Sequence record: MT586120.1
Reading direction: 5' to 3' (one strand)
DNA: 64,000 nucleotides
This document shows, one piece after another, positions 62,078 to 64,000 of the stretch; positions within the stretch are counted from its first letter, which is position 1, and each line of letters begins with the position of its first letter. Below the pieces are notes generated by a model. The model did no database searches and was not told where the DNA came from. It saw only the letters and a list, made by a program, of their open reading frames with translations. The position numbers and the translations under genes are program-made.

Positions 62078-63538
62078 ATGGACCTCAATTCTTATATTCA
62101 GCTCAAAGAGGCATACTCTCAGGTAGGTAAGCCACAACAACTAACCGAGAATGTTGACTCTATCTGGGAAGAAGTTGAAGCATTTGCTCACGCCCTAGTA
62201 GAAGAGGAGGGGCTTGACCTAAGTGATATGACTTGGGATGAGGTCCGTGATGCATATTTACAAGAGCAGGGTAGTGGTCAAAGAGGCAGCGCAAGAAGAA
62301 ATGCTGCGGCACGCGCAAACAGAGATCCAGAAGCTGGTAGGACGAGAAGCCAGCAGCAGATGGACGCCAAGATTGATAAAGAATTTGGTAGTAAGAATCC
62401 AAAAACAGGTCTAGCCAACTTAGGATCAAATTACGCTGCTCAAGAGAAAGCCGCAGCAAAAGCAGCAGAAGCATCTAGAGGATCAGGTGGATCAAGTCTT
62501 TCTTCTGCTGTTGCTGAAAAACAGGCTAAAGCTAAAGCTAAACTAGAAGCACAAAGGAATAGTGGCGGAACTGGTGCTACTAGTAATAGTAAGACAACAG
62601 CCAAGACAACAACCAAGCCAGAAACCAAGACAACAACTCAGACAACAACCAAGACATCTACTCCAGCAGCTAAGACCCAGCCTGCTGCTCCTGCTAAAGA
62701 TCGTATGGCTGGTGCTTCCAAGGCTGACCGTATGGGTGCTTGGGCGAAAGCTAATCCAAAACTAGCTGCTGCTCAAAAGCAAAGAGCTGCTACAAGAGGA
62801 ACTAGTGCGACAACTAACCCAATGATGAAGGACTTGGCTAAGCGTATGCCCAAGCCTGCTGCTCCTAATAAGCCTTCTGGTGGTGGATTGTCTGCAGTAA
62901 AACCACAGAGTTTCAATACTTCTGTTGCCGCAGGAAGCGCAATGAAGTCAGCTGCCTCTAAGCCAACACCAAAACCAGCTGCTCCTAGTTTCGGTGCTGG
63001 TATTAAGGCTGGGTCTATGCTTAAGAAAGAAGAGTTTAGTGATTTTGATATCATCCTAACCCACCTAATTGAGCAAGGTTTTGGTGATGACGAAGCTCTC
63101 ACTCTTATGGTCAATATGACCGAAGAGAAGCGTGAAGAGATCCTAGAGAACCGTCGTGCTGCTCGCGCTGCTGGTGGCTACAAAGATGACTCTAAGAAGC
63201 AAACTGATCCATCCAAGGATGGTTTCACTGGTATCTCTGGTTCTATCAAAGATATTATGAGGCAAAGTGCTGCTATGGATAAGAAGAAGAAGCAGAAAAC
63301 CCAAAAGGAAGAAACTGATTCTCTCTACCAGGCATATCTCTCTATGATGAGTGAGGAAGAGTCTGATAAGCGTAATGACAAGCACCTAGAAAGCGGCGGA
63401 CACGCAGCTAAGACCGACTACAGCAAGCCTCCTGCTACTGGTAACGACTTCGGTAAGAAGAAGCCTTTGAGTGATGAGGAGCGCAGTGCTGCTATGGCTA
63501 AGATTGTAGCTAAACTTAAAAAGCAAGGTGGTAAGTAG
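62078..63538 (+). CDS. Ala/Lys/Thr-rich low-complexity late protein, probable head-internal protein
   Basis: Late promoter at 62045; EEVEAF..LVEEEGLDLSDMTWDE module; shares a 31-aa block with ORF 22995. Confidence 0.6.
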   Translation: MDLNSYIQLKEAYSQVGKPQQLTENVDSIWEEVEAFAHALVEEEGLDLSDMTWDEVRDAYLQEQGSGQRGSARRNAAARANRDPEAGRTRSQQQMDAKIDKEFGSKNPKTGLANLGSNYAAQEKAAAKAAEASRGSGGSSLSSAVAEKQAKAKAKLEAQRNSGGTGATSNSKTTAKTTTKPETKTTTQTTTKTSTPAAKTQPAAPAKDRMAGASKADRMGAWAKANPKLAAAQKQRAATRGTSATTNPMMKDLAKRMPKPAAPNKPSGGGLSAVKPQSFNTSVAAGSAMKSAASKPTPKPAAPSFGAGIKAGSMLKKEEFSDFDIILTHLIEQGFGDDEALTLMVNMTEEKREEILENRRAARAAGGYKDDSKKQTDPSKDGFTGISGSIKDIMRQSAAMDKKKKQKTQKEETDSLYQAYLSMMSEEESDKRNDKHLESGGHAAKTDYSKPPATGNDFGKKKPLSDEERSAAMAKIVAKLKKQGGK

Positions 63539-63569
63539 GACTAAATAAACTGTCCAACTGGAGTGTCTT

Positions 63570-63728
63570 ATGACCGTTCCACGCAATTACTTAATGAGAT
63601 ATTGTGTGATAGGTTACAAAGACGATAAAAAACGCGAAGAGTTCTTTAATTCAGGTAGAGATGCCTGGATTATGGAGAGCTACTTAAAGCGGAATGGTTA
63701 CCGTGGTGTTAGAATCTCGGTCAAATAA
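63570..63728 (+). CDS. Hypothetical 52-aa protein (not in ORF track)
   Basis: MTVPRNYLMRYCVIGY..., read manually. Confidence 0.45.
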   Translation: MTVPRNYLMRYCVIGYKDDKKREEFFNSGRDAWIMESYLKRNGYRGVRISVK

Positions 63729-63733
63729 ATAGA

Positions 63734-63758
63734 GCCTCCCTATGTGGGAGGTTTTTTT
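63734..63758 (+). terminator. Rho-independent terminator
   Basis: GCCTCCC-TATGT-GGGAGGT followed by a T-tract. Confidence 0.8.
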
Positions 63759-63814
63759 ATGTGTTATAATGAACATAAGGGTATCCCTAAATAAAATATA
63801 CGCAAGTATAACTT

Positions 63815-64000
63815 ATGAATACTTATGGTTCTCCAGAAGGTTACCTATATAACCTTCATACCTGCTCCCCATCGGAAGCAAAGAGGATGTGGAAGAAAGC
63901 TATTAAAGAACAATGGGGTAATAAATGCGCTTACTGTGGCTCAGATACAAACCTAACATTAGATCATATAGTTCCACGTTCAAAAGGAGGTAGTAACCAT
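63815..64000 (+). CDS. HNH endonuclease, 3' truncated by the window edge
   Basis: KCAYCG...LTLDHIVPRSKGGSN. Confidence 0.88.
   Translation, partial: MNTYGSPEGYLYNLHTCSPSEAKRMWKKAIKEQWGNKCAYCGSDTNLTLDHIVPRSKGGSNH

Overview
Genome segment of a T4-like cyanobacterial myovirus (Kyanoviridae-type), with essentially all genes on the + strand. In order it carries: tail-fibre genes with S74 chaperone domains; the replication core (g44, g62, regA, hsp20, g43, uvsX, g41, mazG); a first glycosyltransferase group; a tRNA cluster; probable head-internal proteins; g61, nrdA and nrdB; a lysis-enzyme region; cpeT, peptide deformylase and hli host-type genes; a wcaG-type structured RNA; a GDP-deoxysugar/glycosyltransferase island directly followed by four Gly-X-Thr collagen-like fibre genes; and a truncated HNH gene. 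The strongest unexplained signals are: (1) a -1 frameshift cassette (U_UUU_UUU, 5-nt spacer, 13-bp hairpin) that would fuse a C39-like peptidase to a GH24 lysozyme lacking its own start codon; (2) a tRNA with an alanine acceptor stem (G3:U70, A73) but an arginine CCG anticodon; (3) a 127-nt tRNA-like RNA with several extra hairpins in a tRNA slot behind a triplicated palindromic promoter; (4) a Gmd/Fcl/ColD-type (His for Lys) pathway plus GT11, GT8, GT25 and LicD genes next to Thr-rich collagen fibres, suggesting virion glycosylation. Family assignments come from recognising motifs by eye; no database searches or folding programs were run.
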